From Octopus sinensis (lineage: Eukaryota), in assembly GCF_006345805.1 (NCBI RefSeq), contig NC_043012.1, forward strand, positions 43,896,001 to 43,960,000: a stretch of DNA of 64,000 nt, written 5' to 3'. This document shows, one piece after another, positions 25,688 through 39,320 of this stretch (position 1 is the first letter of the stretch; each line of letters begins with the position of its first letter). Under the pieces are notes generated by a model. The model did no database searches. It was not told the origin of the DNA and was given only the letters and a program-made list of their open reading frames with translations. The translations under genes and the position numbers were made by a program.

Positions 25688-25787
25688 ATGTATATCTATA
25701 AATATATAACGGGAAGCTTACGAAAATAAACAAAAGACGAAGGCAGGTGGAGTACAAACAAACAATTGTATTAGTATGGCGCTCAAG

Positions 25788-25825
25788 TCTTTTACGTTTC
25801 GAGCCTACGCTCTTCAACAGAGAGA
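25788..25825 (-). ncRNA. Minimal hammerhead-like motif (A6U core)
   Basis: Minus strand UCUCU-CUGUUGA-A-GAGC(GUAG)GCUC-GAAAC-GU-A-AAAGA. Confidence 0.55.
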
Positions 25826-25949
25826 TACGCAGAAAAGAAACACGGAGAGAAACAAGGAGAGAAAAAAAAATGTATGTGTGTATGTATGTGTACATATGGG
25901 TACAAGGATGGGTATATATATGTGTATATGTATATATGTATATGTATAT

Positions 25950-26027
<78 letters not shown>

Positions 26028-26654
26028 GTGTGTGTGTGTGTGTGTGTGTGTGTAGAATATAATATAAAATATAAATTACAAAGTGGGTCAAGAACGCAAA
26101 AACACACAAGGAGACAACACAAAAAACCGACGGGTCACTCGAAGCCTCTAATCTTCAGTCGGGAACCGGATCATCTTAGTAATTTCGGCTGTTGTATATG
26201 TATATATAGATGTATGTATGTGTATGCGTATGTATATATACATGCCCGTGTGTGTATCTATGTGTGCGGGTATATATGTTTTTTGGGGGTGTATGTGTGA
26301 GTGTACATGTATATATGCGTATATGCATATGTGTGTATATGCATAGCGATTTGCTTACTTATGTATGTGTGTATGTACGTGTGTGTACATAGGTACGTAT
26401 GTGCGTGGGTTCTTGTACCTAGCTGCATGCACATTTTTCCATGTGTGTATATGCGTACCTATGTGCTTGTGCATGTATGTGTATATTGAGATATATATGT
26501 ATGTACGTATATGAGTTTGTATATGTGCGGGCACGTATATATGTGTGTGTGTGTGTGAATGTATCTGTATGTATATGGATACGTGTGTAGATGTATGGGT
26601 GTGTGTATGTATATATGTATTTAGTTATGTGCGGGTTTAGGTATCTGTGTGTGA

Positions 26655-26981
26655 GGGCGCGTGGCTTAGTGGTTAGGGCATTCGGCTCATGATCGTAAGG
26701 TTGTGAGTTCGATTCCCGGCGACGCGTTGTGTCCTTGAGCAAGACACTTTAATTCACGTTGCTCCAGTCCACTCAGCTGGCAAAAATGAGTGTACTTGTA
26801 TTTCAATCAAGGGTCGCCTTGTCACTCTCTGTGTCACGCTGATTATCCCCGAGAACTACGTTAAGGGTACACGTGTCTGTGGAATGCTCAGCCATTTGCA
26901 CGTTAATTTCACGAGCAAGCTGTTCCGTTGATCGTATCAGCTGGGACCCTCGTCGTCGTAACCGGCGGAGTCTTTTTTTTT
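26655..26981 (+). mobile_element. tRNA-derived SINE family C
   Basis: tRNA-like head GGGCGCGTGGCTTAGTGGTTAGGGCATTCGGCTCATGATCGTAAGGTTGTGAGTTCGATTCCC (A and B boxes), then GTGTCCTTGAGCAAGACACTT and a T-run terminator. Confidence 0.85.
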
Positions 26982-27886
26982 AGGTATCTGTGTGTAGCGG
27001 TATGTATGTATATGTGTATCTGTATCGGTACTTTTATACGGGTGTATATGTATGTGTACGTCTGTATATATATGCATGCATATGTGTGTGTATGTGTGTG
27101 CGTGGACGTGTATATATATATATATATATATATATAAAGGCGGTGAGCTGGCAGAGACGTTAGCACGCCGAGCGAAATGCGTAGCCGTATTTTTTTATCC
27201 CTTTATATTTTTATTTTTCGTCTTTATTTTTTCGCTTCTTTATCTTTATTTATTTATATTTCCATGTTATTTTTCACGTCTACACTGTCACAAATACAGC
27301 TCTAGAACTTTAAACCAGTCACACGACATCCTTTGTATCTTTATATACTTATATACTTATTTTTTTTCATTTTTACTCTTTTTTTTACATTTTTACTCTT
27401 TTATTACATTTTGCACTTACTATTATCCTGTATAATCTTGTTTAGATTTATACATATACTTTTTCCTCTTTGTAATCCCAAATTCATTAAAGATTCACCC
27501 CCTTCCACTCCTTCCCTCTTTATCTCAACATCCAACCTCCTCATTCTATATCGAGTGAAAAAACGGTATGGACGTTTTGTTTTGGTGTCTCGCTTTGCCA
27601 TATACGACTATGAGGATTTGCATTCCCAACGAAACTCGTCCTTTTCCCAAACTTCTCAAACCTGCTATAATGTAATACATGTCTTTGGTGTGGTAATTGT
27701 GCGCGGCTGAAAATTGTTACATCAATTATGCATTGATATAAACTGTCCAATAAAGCCAGAAACATAATTACCGCTAAATCCTTTGCATCCTGTTTTTCTT
27801 TTGATAAATATACCCTATCACCTACACCACTAACTGGCATATACAGGTGCTTACAGTTATCAAGTATTCACCCTGAATTTTTTGTA

Positions 27887-27923
<37 letters not shown>

Positions 27924-28479
27924 CGGGATTCTTTCAGTTTCCGTCTACCAAATTCATTCACAAGGCTTTGGTCGGCCCAAGGCTATAATAGAAGATATTT
28001 GCCTGAGGTGCCACGCAGTGGGACTGAATCCGGGACCATGTTGTTGAGAAGCAAACTTCTTACCACACAACCACTCCTGCATCTATGCTAAGCTTTTCGG
28101 CCAATTTTTCTATTTCACTATGCTTCGTTCCATCCGGTTCAGATTTATCATGTATTGGCTGCGTAGGGAACATTTCTTACATGTTATGGAAAGCTGTAAC
28201 ATTTTTTTTCTTAGTTTTTAGCTTTGACACAAAATTTCTTACTGCTTCTCTTCACAGTTGTTATTCATTCCAGCTTCTGTTTTTATAGTTTAACTTCTCT
28301 AAAATTGTAAAATAGATTTTTTTTGCTCTCATTTTGGGAGCTCTTTGTATTAATTTTCAATTAATTTTCTTTATAAGGAAGGTTACTAAAACCATCATTT
28401 TCGGTATGTTCTTTCACATACCCCACTCAGCAACATTTTAATGTCCCAATTCAGCTTCAATGGTTTACTCAGAACTTTA

Positions 28480-29520
28480 CTTCAGCTGTTCGGAGACAGA
28501 ATATGACCTACAAGACCTAGAGACTCACTCGCTCTGCAAAACTAGATGGCATTCTCCAAGCAGCGCACCACCTGTAAGACCATTATTTAGCATGCAAACG
28601 ATGCCTTTGTGCATCGTACAGCTCCCATGCTTTCCTTACTCCCAAGTTATAATCAAACATCCGAGTTACCAAAAGAATATCCATCAAAGTTATGAAGTTG
28701 TCTTTATTTTTACCTCTTCTTCAAAGCAATGATGGCTTTGTAAACAATTACTCCATGGAAAAAGCCTCCATGTTGGCTTCCCGCTTTGCATTCAGCTCCA
28801 TGCTACCCCTGAGTGACCAATACCTATCCTACTCAAATCCTATCCTGGATACTCAAATGCAAAGTGTGAAAACACCTCAAGTTGTTTCAAGCGAACAAAG
28901 CCACCGGTTTTGAAAGAATCCATTTCATTTCACACAGGCGTGGTACCTCAATACTCTTCAAACGCTCATTCACGGGGATATATCCTGACATTTGGAAGCA
29001 CATCTTAGTGTGTTTCGTTCCAACGGATGGCAATTGCACAAAGCCAGCCAAATATCATCCTTGTTTCCAACATCTCTAAGGTGATGGAAAAACTATTGAC
29101 AATGACGTTCTCTATCACCTTGAATCTCTCTAAGTATTTCTCTCTCTGTCTCTGTCTCTCCCCCAACCCTAACCCCTCTCTGTCTGTCTGTCTCTCTCTC
29201 TCCCTCTCTCTCTCTCCCCTTTCCTCTCTCCCTCAGTGATTACCAGTACGGCTTCCGCAGAGCTAGATCCGCAAGTAACCTACTCTCTTATGTAAGTGAC
29301 CTGTGGGGCCTCACTTCAAAGAAGTTCGGGGAAAGCAATGTTGCTACCCTAAACGTCAAGCAAATCCTTCAACCCTGATTGATATGCAAATCTCCCTTTC
29401 CGCCTATGAGCTCCACACAACACTCATCTCTTAGATCGATAATTTCCTACTTGATTGCACCGTCGCAGCCATATGCTGACGGAACTCTTTCTTTTCCTTT
29501 CACTATCAGCTCTGGCACTT
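28480..29520 (+). mobile_element. CR1/Jockey-like LINE RT relic
   Basis: LFQANKATG, FKRSFTGIYPDIWKH, VSNISKVMEKLL and QYGFRRARS in broken frames. Confidence 0.65.
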
Positions 29521-29911
29521 ATTCAAGTTACTGTTTAGTGTGACTTATGACGTAAGTGCTTTTCAAAGAGTTTCTGACAATTATATCAAAGAAGTTCACG
29601 TTGTTATTGTCATTGGCAAAATTATAGAGCATCATAGCGAGAACTTGGCCACATTTACTTCACTTACAACCAAACTAAATATTACATTTAACAGTCTCAA
29701 ATATCTTCGCCAAACATTCATCTGTAACCTAGGATACAAAATAGACAATTATTCTCTTCTATGTGACTGACCCAGAACCATTGAAACTCTTCATTAATTA
29801 CGCAATGCTGAATAATTCTAAAGACTACTGCTAGGTACTAGTTCAACCCCTACAAAGCCCAATATTCCATTGCAAAAAGCCTCCTAAATACTATTCTTCT
29901 TAAAACTTCAG

Positions 29912-29948
<37 letters not shown>

Positions 29949-30294
29949 TATCTTATCTTATTCATTGCATATTAAAACTGATTCTACTGGAACAGCAATT
30001 TCAGGATTCCTTTCATAGAAATAAACTTGTCACTTTCTTCTCCAAAATTCTTTCTTGCCTTGAACAAAATCTCAAACTGTTAGGAAATGGCAATCTTTTG
30101 TACTGATCAACAAGCAATCTCACACATAGTCACGAATGTATATGCAAATAATGATAAAAGTTTTCGTTATATCAAGTAATAATTATTCTACAATTATGAC
30201 ATTCGACAACGATAACACAGCTATTGATGTTCTTAACAGATACTACTCTATAAAATCTTCTCCTGGAATCGTATATTATGGCAATATGTCGAAT

Positions 30295-30530
30295 CTAAGT
30301 AGGCGGCGAGCTGGCAGAATCATTAGCACGCCAGGCAAATACTTAGTAGTATTTCGTCCAGTTTTACGTTCTGAGTTCAAATTCAGAGTCGATAAATTAA
30401 GTACCAGTTGCATACTGGGGTCGATCTAATCGACTGCCCCCCCCCCAAAAAAAAAGTGCCACTGGGGTCGATGTAATCAAATTGCTCCCTCCCCGAAATT
30501 GCTCGCCTTCTGCCAAAATTTGAAACCAGT
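30295..30530 (+). mobile_element. SINE family B copy (internally deleted)
   Basis: GGCGGCGAGCTGGCAGAATCATTAGCACGCC head and GTCGATAAATTAAGTACCAG body. Confidence 0.8.
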
Positions 30531-31100
30531 ATGTCAGATCTAAGAACTTGTCATTTTCTTTGAAAGAGGTTTTAGTGCTTTAGTATTGACTTAAAAGGTC
30601 CTATACCCTCATCTAACACCGTAATTCATTTGTAGCGGAATGACGATCTTAATCTTACTTTATGCCTCGATATGCTTGTACACTTTTGGAGAACAATTAT
30701 ATTTTTCGAAGTAAAACAACTCTATGTCATCGTAGTGGAAACAGTCAGGTAGAACGTCTAAATGGAACTCTAGGATGAAATATCACACTTATCTACCCTA
30801 CGTTCAAAAAAGATGCTAGAAAAACGATTGGTTAGCGTTTTATGGGAATCGCATTTTGTATTTAGATTTTTTCTTTACATGTACAAGTAAATTTATTTAT
30901 TATATTATAACATAAAATAATAGGCAAGAGCGGATATTATTACGAATATCAATCGGAATCAGGTTATCTCTATAAATATTCTATTGAATTCAGAAGTAAG
31001 TTATAAATAATCGAATATGTCTAGCGAAGATAGAAAAAACAGGTAATGAGTGTATATGGATATTTCATGGATTATTGCCATTTCCTCGGCATTCCCTCGA

Positions 31101-31715
31101 CACCTCATCTAACCCATCGACTATCCACGAAAACATTGCTTAAATATCCACTACGTTTAGCAGTGTAACATAATTGGATAAGCTGATTTGCATATTGCAC
31201 ACTTTCCTGGCAATTGGTGCGTATATTTAACTACTGGCGAGACAATAGTATTTTGTTTTGTAACCTTAATATACTACTAAGAATATTATAGGTTTTATAA
31301 CTCAATACTGTGTCTAATCGTGTGTTAACAGTGCTATAATGTCATTTTTAATGTTATGTCTATAGATTTTTTTTATAGAATTCAGAGCCAGCACGGAAGG
31401 CTACCACTCTTCGTACATTAATACGTCCATATAAACAATGTGATCGACGATGGAAAAATAAGTAATGGAGTGATATGCAATTATGCATAGCACTGTTAAT
31501 ACACATTAAGACACAGTATTGGGTTATAAAACTATAATATACTTAGTAATATATTGTGTCTAGAAAACAAATTACTGTTGCTCTGTTAGCAATTAAATAA
31601 ATGTACCAGTTGCCAGGAATGTGCTTAATATGCAAATTGATCTATCCAATAATGTTACACCGCTAAACCTACTGGGTCTTTAAGCAGTTATTGTTCATGG
31701 ATAATTGATGAGGTA
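31101..31715. repeat. Old fold-back with about 230-bp diverged arms
   Basis: 31101-31337 versus 31486-31715 (e.g. CTCAATACTGTGTCTAATCGTGTGTTAACAGTGCTAT / ATAGCACTGTTAATACACATTAAGACACAGTATTGGG); a third partial copy lies at about 31900-31990. Confidence 0.8.
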
Positions 31716-31754
31716 CTGATGAAAGGACAATGATCTTTGAAATATGCATATACT
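31712..31754 (+). ncRNA. Type I hammerhead ribozyme candidate, canonical core
   Basis: GGUA-CUGAUGA-AAGGA(CAAUGA)UCUUU-GAAA-U(AUGC)AU-A-UACU: all conserved core positions and three stems present. Confidence 0.7.
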
Positions 31755-31992
31755 CACATTACCTACATTTTCTATATTCGATTTGTATCGTATTGTTTAC
31801 ATAAACGTACTTGTTTACAAAAGGTCGTAACTTACAGTGCTGGCCTTGAATTCTACAGAAAGTCTATATAGATAATTTTAAGAAAGGAGTATATAACACT
31901 CGCTAGACACAGTATTGGTTTATAAATCTATAATATACTTAGTAGTGCATTAAGATTACTAAACAAAATACTGTTACTGCCAGCAATTATAT

Positions 31993-32039
<47 letters not shown>

Positions 32040-32322
32040 AATGCTGTGGATGTAATTTTCTCGTAAGGGATTGTTAATAAGAATCCAGATATCCACTGGC
32101 GTTATCAAATATATTGAGATAAAGTTCTGCAAAATATATGTATAAACAGTCTAATAAATTATAAAGTTAACAAAAGAAAATGGAAAAGAAAAAATATAAT
32201 AGAAACTTAGTTCATTTTATTTGTATCACAATGGAAAAGTAATGCAAGGTAAAAGTGATACATGTAAGAATAAGGATTAAAGAAACCGGATCAACACAAC
32301 AAACAAAAAAATAACCGAAAAA

Positions 32323-32397
32323 ATCCTACACATGTTTCAATCTGACAGTATATTTGAATCATCAACATTCGAACGATTATAGATGTATCTTCGGGGT
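32323..32397 (-). ncRNA. Degenerate hammerhead-like motif (U4C core, long stem II)
   Basis: Minus strand CC-CCGAAGA...AUCU/AGAU...GAAAC-AUGU-GU-A-GG. Confidence 0.4.
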
Positions 32398-32874
32398 AAA
32401 GTAAATATATTTTCCGGTCTTGAATTATGAAATAACTAATTTGAGGACGGTGTTTCGAAATTTTCGAATGTAAAAAACAACTTATTAGGACACGGGGTTC
32501 ATGTGATTAGAAATTTATCGTTTTAAATTTAGCTAATATTGATCAATGAAATATTACTAAAATATCACAATACGTTTGAAAAATATATTTATAAATGTTT
32601 ATGAGAGGAAAATGAGATAAAGACAAATGTAAGATACAAAGAAATAGATTGATATGTGTAAAGAAAGAAGGGCTGAAAAGTTTGATTATATTATACTACG
32701 ATAAGGTTTTTTAGAAGTAATACAGAGAAATATTATAATATTGTTATTATTTAGGATTTAAATGGGTTATATATATATGATTAATAAAAAACGAAGAAAA
32801 ACACAAGAAAAAACAACGCGTGCACATGGTGCATGCAAAGTATTAGCAGACGCTCAGGGAAGGAAAGAAAGGTA

Positions 32875-32909
32875 GTTTTACGTTTCTAGCAAAACTCATC
32901 TTCAGAGAC
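32875..32909 (-). ncRNA. Minimal hammerhead-like motif
   Basis: Minus strand GUCU-CUGAAGA-U-GAGU(UUU)GCUA-GAAAC-GU-A-AAAC; same flanking repeat as 17586 and 48593. Confidence 0.55.
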
Positions 32910-32986
32910 AGGAGACAGAGGAAAGTCCAAGAGAAAAGGAAGACGAAGGAAAAACTCGCCAACGATCCACATGTGGTTACCTTTTG

Positions 32987-33023
<37 letters not shown>

Positions 33024-33038
33024 ATTATATCTATGTAT

Positions 33039-33434
33039 ATTCTTTTACTTGTTTCAGTCATTTGACTGCGGCCATGCTGGAGCACCGCCTTTAGTCGAGC
33101 AAATCGACCCCAGGACTTATTCTTTTGTAAGCCCAGTACTTATTCTATCGGTCTCTTTTGCCTAACCGCTAAGTGACGGGGACGTAAACACACCAGCATC
33201 GGTTGTCAAGCAATGCTAGGGGGACAAACACACAAACACACACACATATATATATATATATACATATATACGACAGGCTTCTTTCAGTTTCCGTCTACCA
33301 AATTCACTCACAAGGCATTGGTCGGCCCGGGGCTATAGCAGAAGACACTTGCCCAAGATGCCACGCAGTGGGACTGAACCCGGAACCATGTGGTTGGTAA
33401 GCAGGCTACTTACCACACAGCCACTCCTGCGCCT
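33039..33434 (-). mobile_element. SINE family A copy
   Basis: Collinear with other family A copies; short internal microsatellite. Confidence 0.92.
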
Positions 33435-33442
33435 ATATGCAT

Positions 33443-33533
<91 letters not shown>

Positions 33534-33638
33534 GTATATATATATGTATGAATATACATCTATGTATATATACATATACATAAATATATATGTGTATGTG
33601 TGCTTGTGTGCGTGTGTATGTGTGTGAACGTATATATA

Positions 33639-34827
33639 CAGGGACAAATTGGGACAAATTACAAATGGATATATTTCTAATTGTATAGATTTTGTTGGAA
33701 TCTACATTTTAAATATTACCAACATGAATAATCACTATTTTGTATTTCAGATTGAACAAATTGTGAATATTAATAAAGAATTAAACCGTTGAAGTGTAAT
33801 TGCTGAATTATTCCGTGACAGCAAAAGTATTGGGGAGATTGTTAGTCACAAAGTATGCTAATTTGAAGAAAAGCCGGGATATTCTGAGAAAGACTCAGAG
33901 TCCTCCTGGTGACTGAAAATGCACACCTCGCTTCTTAAAAGATCGATGAGTCGAACCCATCAAAATCGATGGCAAAGTTGGTTCAAGATCGAGGAATCAG
34001 TAAAATGACCATTTCTTGGGCTGTGAGACAAGACCTTCATATGAAATCATATGTGAGGAGATGCTGTAACATCCTAGCTACTCACCTCAAAGTTCTAAAC
34101 TTCTTAGTTATCTGAAACATTGCGGAAGAGACGTGTGCATCTTCATACAGGAAAAGAAGTTCATGGTAGATGAAGTTGCAAACCGTCACACCTCACGAAT
34201 GATAGTGTATGACACTTCCCAAGTTCCTTCAGTTATGCATAGCATGAATCCTGCTTCCATTATGGACTTTGGAGCTATTGGAAATGATGGGAGATTGATG
34301 CCCCAACATTTTATTGAATAAGATCTTAATATCAACACAGCTGAGTATCTCGAAACCTTAGAAGTTTTGTTGCCTTGGATTAGGAAGCATTATGATGCAA
34401 GTCGAGTCATGTTCGTACAGGAATCTGTACCCACTCATTCTTCGAAAAGAGTGCAATAATTTTTGAAGAAGGACTTGTCCATCTTTGTCCCAAAAGATAT
34501 TTGGTCCTCTAGCTCACCAGATTTGAATCTGTGTAATTTTTGACTATGGGGCCCAGTTTTCAGAACTGTGTGTCTTCACTGAATGCTTTGTTGAAGTGAG
34601 CTTTTGGGAAAATGTAAAAAGGAAGAAATAATGATGGCATGCGCATAATTTCGTAAATGGATTGCATTGGTAAAGAAAGCAAGTGGTATTCGCATTGAAG
34701 TAAAATAAGTGCTAAACACTCCACAATGAATTGGCATAAGCATAACATTTGCCGTGTTTGGCTTTTCTGAGTTTTACAAATTAGAATAAAAATATTTAAG
34801 TGGTCCCAATTTACCTGTTACACCATG
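33639..34827 (+). mobile_element. Decayed DD37D (maT-like) transposon
   Basis: TA-flanked imperfect TIRs (CAGG..AAATTGGGAC / GTCCCAATTT..CCATG); translation EKKFMVD..NR, NPASIM.FGAI..DG..MPQHF, VMFVQ.S.P.HSS and SSPDLN. Confidence 0.8.
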
Positions 34828-34930
34828 TATGTATGTATGTATGTATGTATGTATGTATGTATGTATGTATGTATGTATGTATGTATGTATGTATGTATGT
34901 ATGTATGTATGTGTGTGTGTGTGTGTGTGC
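34827..34930. repeat. (TATG)n/(TG)n microsatellite
   Basis: Direct inspection. Confidence 0.95.
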
Positions 34931-35271
34931 ATACAATGACTATGGTTAAGAAACTAGCTTACAACCACGTTTGACTCAATGTACGGTGAGTGAATTTGGT
35001 ACATGGAAACTGAGTGGAACCTTGTTATATGTAAATATATGTGTGTATATGAGTTTTATTCCGCCTCCACCATGTTCAATTATCGGTGTTAGTTTGTTTA
35101 CGTCCCTGTAACTTATTGGTTCGGCGAAGAGACCGATAGAATAAATGCCCGACTTAAGAATATTAGTAATCAGGTCAGTTCGTTCGACTAAGTTTTATTT
35201 GCGGTGTCCCAACATGACCTCTGTAGAAGGAAGGGAACGAGTGAAAAATAATATATATATATATATATATA

Positions 35272-37086
35272 TAGTATCTCACAGAAGTATGTACACCCCT
35301 AAGCACTTTCAGTGAAATTGCAACCACTCTGATAATATCGAAGGAAATCAAACGAAATATATACTGAATAAAATATATTATACATGCAAATATTATACAA
35401 ATTTGGAACACAAAACAATAAATATTTTTAAAGATATGAACGAAATGTCAATTTTCAAATGACACAAAAATATGTACACCCTAAAGGGTTATTTGCTATA
35501 TTCAATATTTGGTGTGATCGCACTTGCTTTCAATGACTGCATTAAGTTTTCGGGGCATACAGTCGACTAAATTTCGGCATATAACCGATGAAATCGGCCT
35601 CAATTCATCCTGAATGATGTCTGCCTGCTGTGTTACATTGCTGGGTTTTTTCTCCCCACCCTTTCTTTTTAAAACACCCTATAGATGTTCTATTGGATTT
35701 AAATCAGGTGACATGGTAGGCTAAGGCAATATACTTTTACCTTTTTCTTTTTCTTTTATTCTAGGCACAAGAACCCGAAATTTGGGTGGGTGGGCAATCG
35801 ATTAGATCGGCCCCAATACGCAACTGGTACTTAATTTATCGACCCTGAAAGGATGAAAGGCAAGGTCGACCTCGGTGGAATTTGAACTCAGAACGTAAAG
35901 ACAGACGAAATACCGCTAAGCATTTCGACCGGCGTGCTAACGTTTCTGCCAACTCACCGCCTTAATACCTTTAACTATTTATCTGATAAAAAATTAGTCG
36001 TCATCTTTGAAGTGTATTTAGGATCATTCCTTGATGTTCCTTGATGCTTTTCAACGTTGTTTTCTGCAACATGTCACAATAAAGCCTTGAATCTATTGTT
36101 CTCTCACTAAATGTGAGTCCTCCCACACAAGTCACATTTATACATCCCCAAAATATTACTCTTCTGCCGCTGTGTTTCACGGTAGATGCGGTGCATTTGT
36201 CGCTATTATCTTCACCTGGTCGTCGCCATACTCGTTTAATTCCATCTGACCCAAACAAGTTGATTTTAGTCTCGTTAGAAAAAAGAATTTTATTCCAAAA
36301 CTTCCGCTTACTCACATAGGTTTCGGCAACAGAAAAACTACTTGATTTATGCCTAGTAGTGAGGAAAGGCTTCCTGCGAGCAGTGCGTCCATGAAGACCA
36401 CACTGGTTCAAACTATGGCGGATACGCTCTTTCCACTTACATAAGACACTTCTTGGGCCAAAGATGAAACGGCACGACGCCGGACATCCAACACGCAACG
36501 TTGGATGTGGCGAATGTCACGCACGGGGTGACCTGGACGATGTTTATTGCTTTGTGCTTCTGAATTACTTTGGCAACTGTATTTACGCTAATATGTATTC
36601 ATTTGCTGATTAACTTGTATCCTAAACCATTCTTGTGCAAATTAAAAATAATTTTCTTCAAATCTTCAGACAATTCTTTTCCTTTTTGGTGCCATTTTAA
36701 TCACAATGAAGATTTTCACCACGGTACACAAATCAGAATTCCTGCAGATGCAATAACAAAGACTGGTGCAAAAATGTCAGTGTAAATAATTTATCAGAAT
36801 TGAAATTATCGGCAATATCTGAATTTAGTAAAAAAAAAAAGTAGATAGAATATTGAATATAGCAAATTTCCTTTACGGTGTACATATTTTTGTATCGTTT
36901 TAAAATTAATATTTCTTCATATGTTTGAAAATGTTTATTGTTTTATGTTCCAAATTTGTATAATGTTTGCATGTATAATATATTTTATTCAGTATAAATT
37001 TCGTTTGATTTCCTTCGCTATTATCAGAGTAATGATAATTTTTTACTGAAATCTTTTTGGGGTGTACATACTTCTGTGAGATACTG
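35272..37086 (-). mobile_element. Tc1-family transposon with about 240-bp TIRs, interrupted by a SINE
   Basis: Ends (C/T)AGTATCTCACAGAAGTATGTACACCCC; ORF 36498-36001 gives GRTARRKPFL..ILFSNETKINLFGSDG..VWRR..TVKH.G..VIFWGC; the C-terminus SPDLNPIEHL lies at about 35720-35670. Confidence 0.92.
35770..35965 (-). mobile_element. SINE family B inserted in Tc1 transposase
   Basis: Reverse complement of the family B head and body, splitting the transposase. Confidence 0.88.
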
Positions 37087-37661
37087 TGTATATATATATA
37101 TATATTTAAACTAAGCTAAGAGCATTAGACTCCTTGGAAGAAAGCAGCGAATGTATACGAAAACAAGGATGGAAAAAAACGGAGAATGTTACACAAATAC
37201 AAATAACAGGACATACAACAGGTGACTTTCGACAAAGGACGGATTAAATTAATCTGGCGTGTGTGGAAGTAAAGCCTTACGGCAGGGATACAGGATTTCA
37301 CAGGCACAGGAAGGAAAAGAGATGTTGCACGGACAGCGGTCGAACCAAGAAAGAAAGGTCAGGCTTGGCCGAACACTGGTCACGGGGAAAGAGAAGAGAG
37401 AGAGAGGTAGAGGCAGAGAGACAGATGAAATAACGAGGGGCGAGAAAAAGGACAGGGACACAGTGAAGTGAAAAGAGGAGGGAAAGTAAACATGAAGAGA
37501 AAGCAAGCAAATGTGAGAGAGAGGGAACGAAAGAACGAAGAGTGGAATGAACGAAGTAAGCGTGAAAGGGCTGATAGAAAGAAGGAAAGAATAAAAAATA
37601 GAGTCGTACAAGATTTAGATAATATAAGCTTACATATAAGAGACCAAAGTGTATTGCGCCG

Positions 37662-37737
<76 letters not shown>

Positions 37738-37914
37738 GTAACAATTATTCGGTGTGAATTTCCACCTCGGCATCCGAAACTCAGAGTTTTATCTTGGCTA
37801 CCGTATAATTGTCACCTATTACATTTACAGATAAATTCCTCTATTTACATAATATTGAGGCCTCTCTCTTTCTTTTGCTATCTTACCGTTTTTATCAATA
37901 TATATATATATATT

Positions 37915-38125
37915 ATATATATAAAAAATACAAAATGGGACAAGAACGCAAAACATCCAGACAGGTGATAAAAAAAAGGGACAGCAAAACATCCAGATAG
38001 ACGATACAAAGAAGGACGGGTCATTCGGAGTTTTCTTTGCCCAGTTGAGTTCCAGATTATCGTTGCAATTTCGATCACTGTCTGGATATTTTGCGTTCTT
38101 GTCCCATTTTCTATTTTTTATATAT
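37915..38125. repeat. Fold-back with about 52-bp arms
   Basis: AAAAAATACAAAATGGGACAAGAACGCAAAACATCCAGACAG versus CTGTCTGGATATTTTGCGTTCTTGTCCCATTTTCTATTTTTT. Confidence 0.85.
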
Positions 38126-38163
38126 AAAGCTTATAGCGGCGTACCTATATATATATATATATA

Positions 38164-38690
38164 CATGGTGCGGTGAATATATTGTCGTCTAAATTACGCA
38201 AAAATGCAAATAACATTGACATCTCTTTTTAACAGATATATTTATCAAAATTACATAAAAATATCTTGAAATAATAAAGAATAAATTTATTCAATAAAAT
38301 CGCCATTGGTTTCGGCTGCTGCCTCCAGACGACTTCGAAATCTCCTGCAAATCTTCTGAGCGGTCTCCTTGTTTAAGTTGGTGAATGCTGCTATAATCCT
38401 TGCCTTCAGTTCATCATTGGTGTTACAAAGCGTTTTATTGGTCTCTCGCTCAACTGCGCCCCACAAATTATAATTAAGAGGGAAGCAGTCTGGGGAGTTA
38501 GGTGGGTAGATGTTAGAGGTCGCAGAAATTGTCTGACAACCATGACTGGATTATCATGTTTGTGTGGTATGAGGCAGAGTCCTGTTGCCAGACAGGTTTC
38601 TGGGTAAATTCCCTTCGTCAGTACAGAACAATGGCCGGTTAGAGATGGCAGCCACTTGCTCTTGCTCACATCATATATTTTTAAAGCGAT
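38164..38690 (-). mobile_element. DD37D-like transposon 3' fragment
   Basis: Minus frames VWQQDSASYH, PPNSPDC.PLNYNLWGAVERETNK and RRFRSRLEA..E.NGDFIE*; terminal TA|CATGGTG. Confidence 0.8.
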
Positions 38691-38834
38691 ACACAGTCGC
38701 TAATCTCGTGGAGATAAAAACAACTAGTTTTATTTTAAATCTCTGAACGAGAAATATCTAGTAACAGCACCGTACAATGTATTTACCACCGCAGCATGGC
38801 AGTCGTACGTAGGACGACGTTACTACTTTTGAGC

Positions 38835-38895
<61 letters not shown>

Positions 38896-38905
38896 TACAT
38901 ACTCG

Positions 38906-39095
38906 TTACTCTCTTTTACTCTTTTACTTGTTTCAGCCATTTGACTGCGGCCATGCTGGAGCACCACCTTTAGTCGAGCAAATCGACCCCAGGACTTATT
39001 CTTTGTAAGCCTAGTACTTATTCTATCGGTCTCTTTTGCCGAAACACTAGCATCGGTTGTCAAGCGATGTTGGGGGGACCAACAGAGACACACAA

Positions 39096-39143
<48 letters not shown>

Positions 39144-39320
39144 TTATACATATATACGAAGGGATTCTTTTAGTTTCCGTCTACCAAATCCACTCACAAG
39201 GCTTTGGTCGGCCCGAGGCTATAGTAGAAGACACTTGCCCAAGGTGCCACGCAGTGGGACTGAACCTGGAACCATGTGGTTGGTAAGCAAGCTACTTACC
39301 ATACAGCCACTCCTACGCCT
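38906..39320 (-). mobile_element. SINE family A copy
   Basis: Collinear with other copies. Confidence 0.9.

Noticed and set aside
26120-26190. Type II hammerhead-like arrangement on the minus strand (also about 38020-38080)
   Set aside because: GAAA and CUGAAGA are present but stems I and III could not be paired convincingly; left unresolved.
26655-26730. Functional tRNA gene (CAT anticodon-like loop)
   Set aside because: Acceptor and anticodon stems are poorly paired and it runs straight into a SINE body.
27400-27840. Host exon or LINE C-terminus from minus-strand ORFs
   Set aside because: No recognisable motif or splice support; resemblance to LINE ends too weak.
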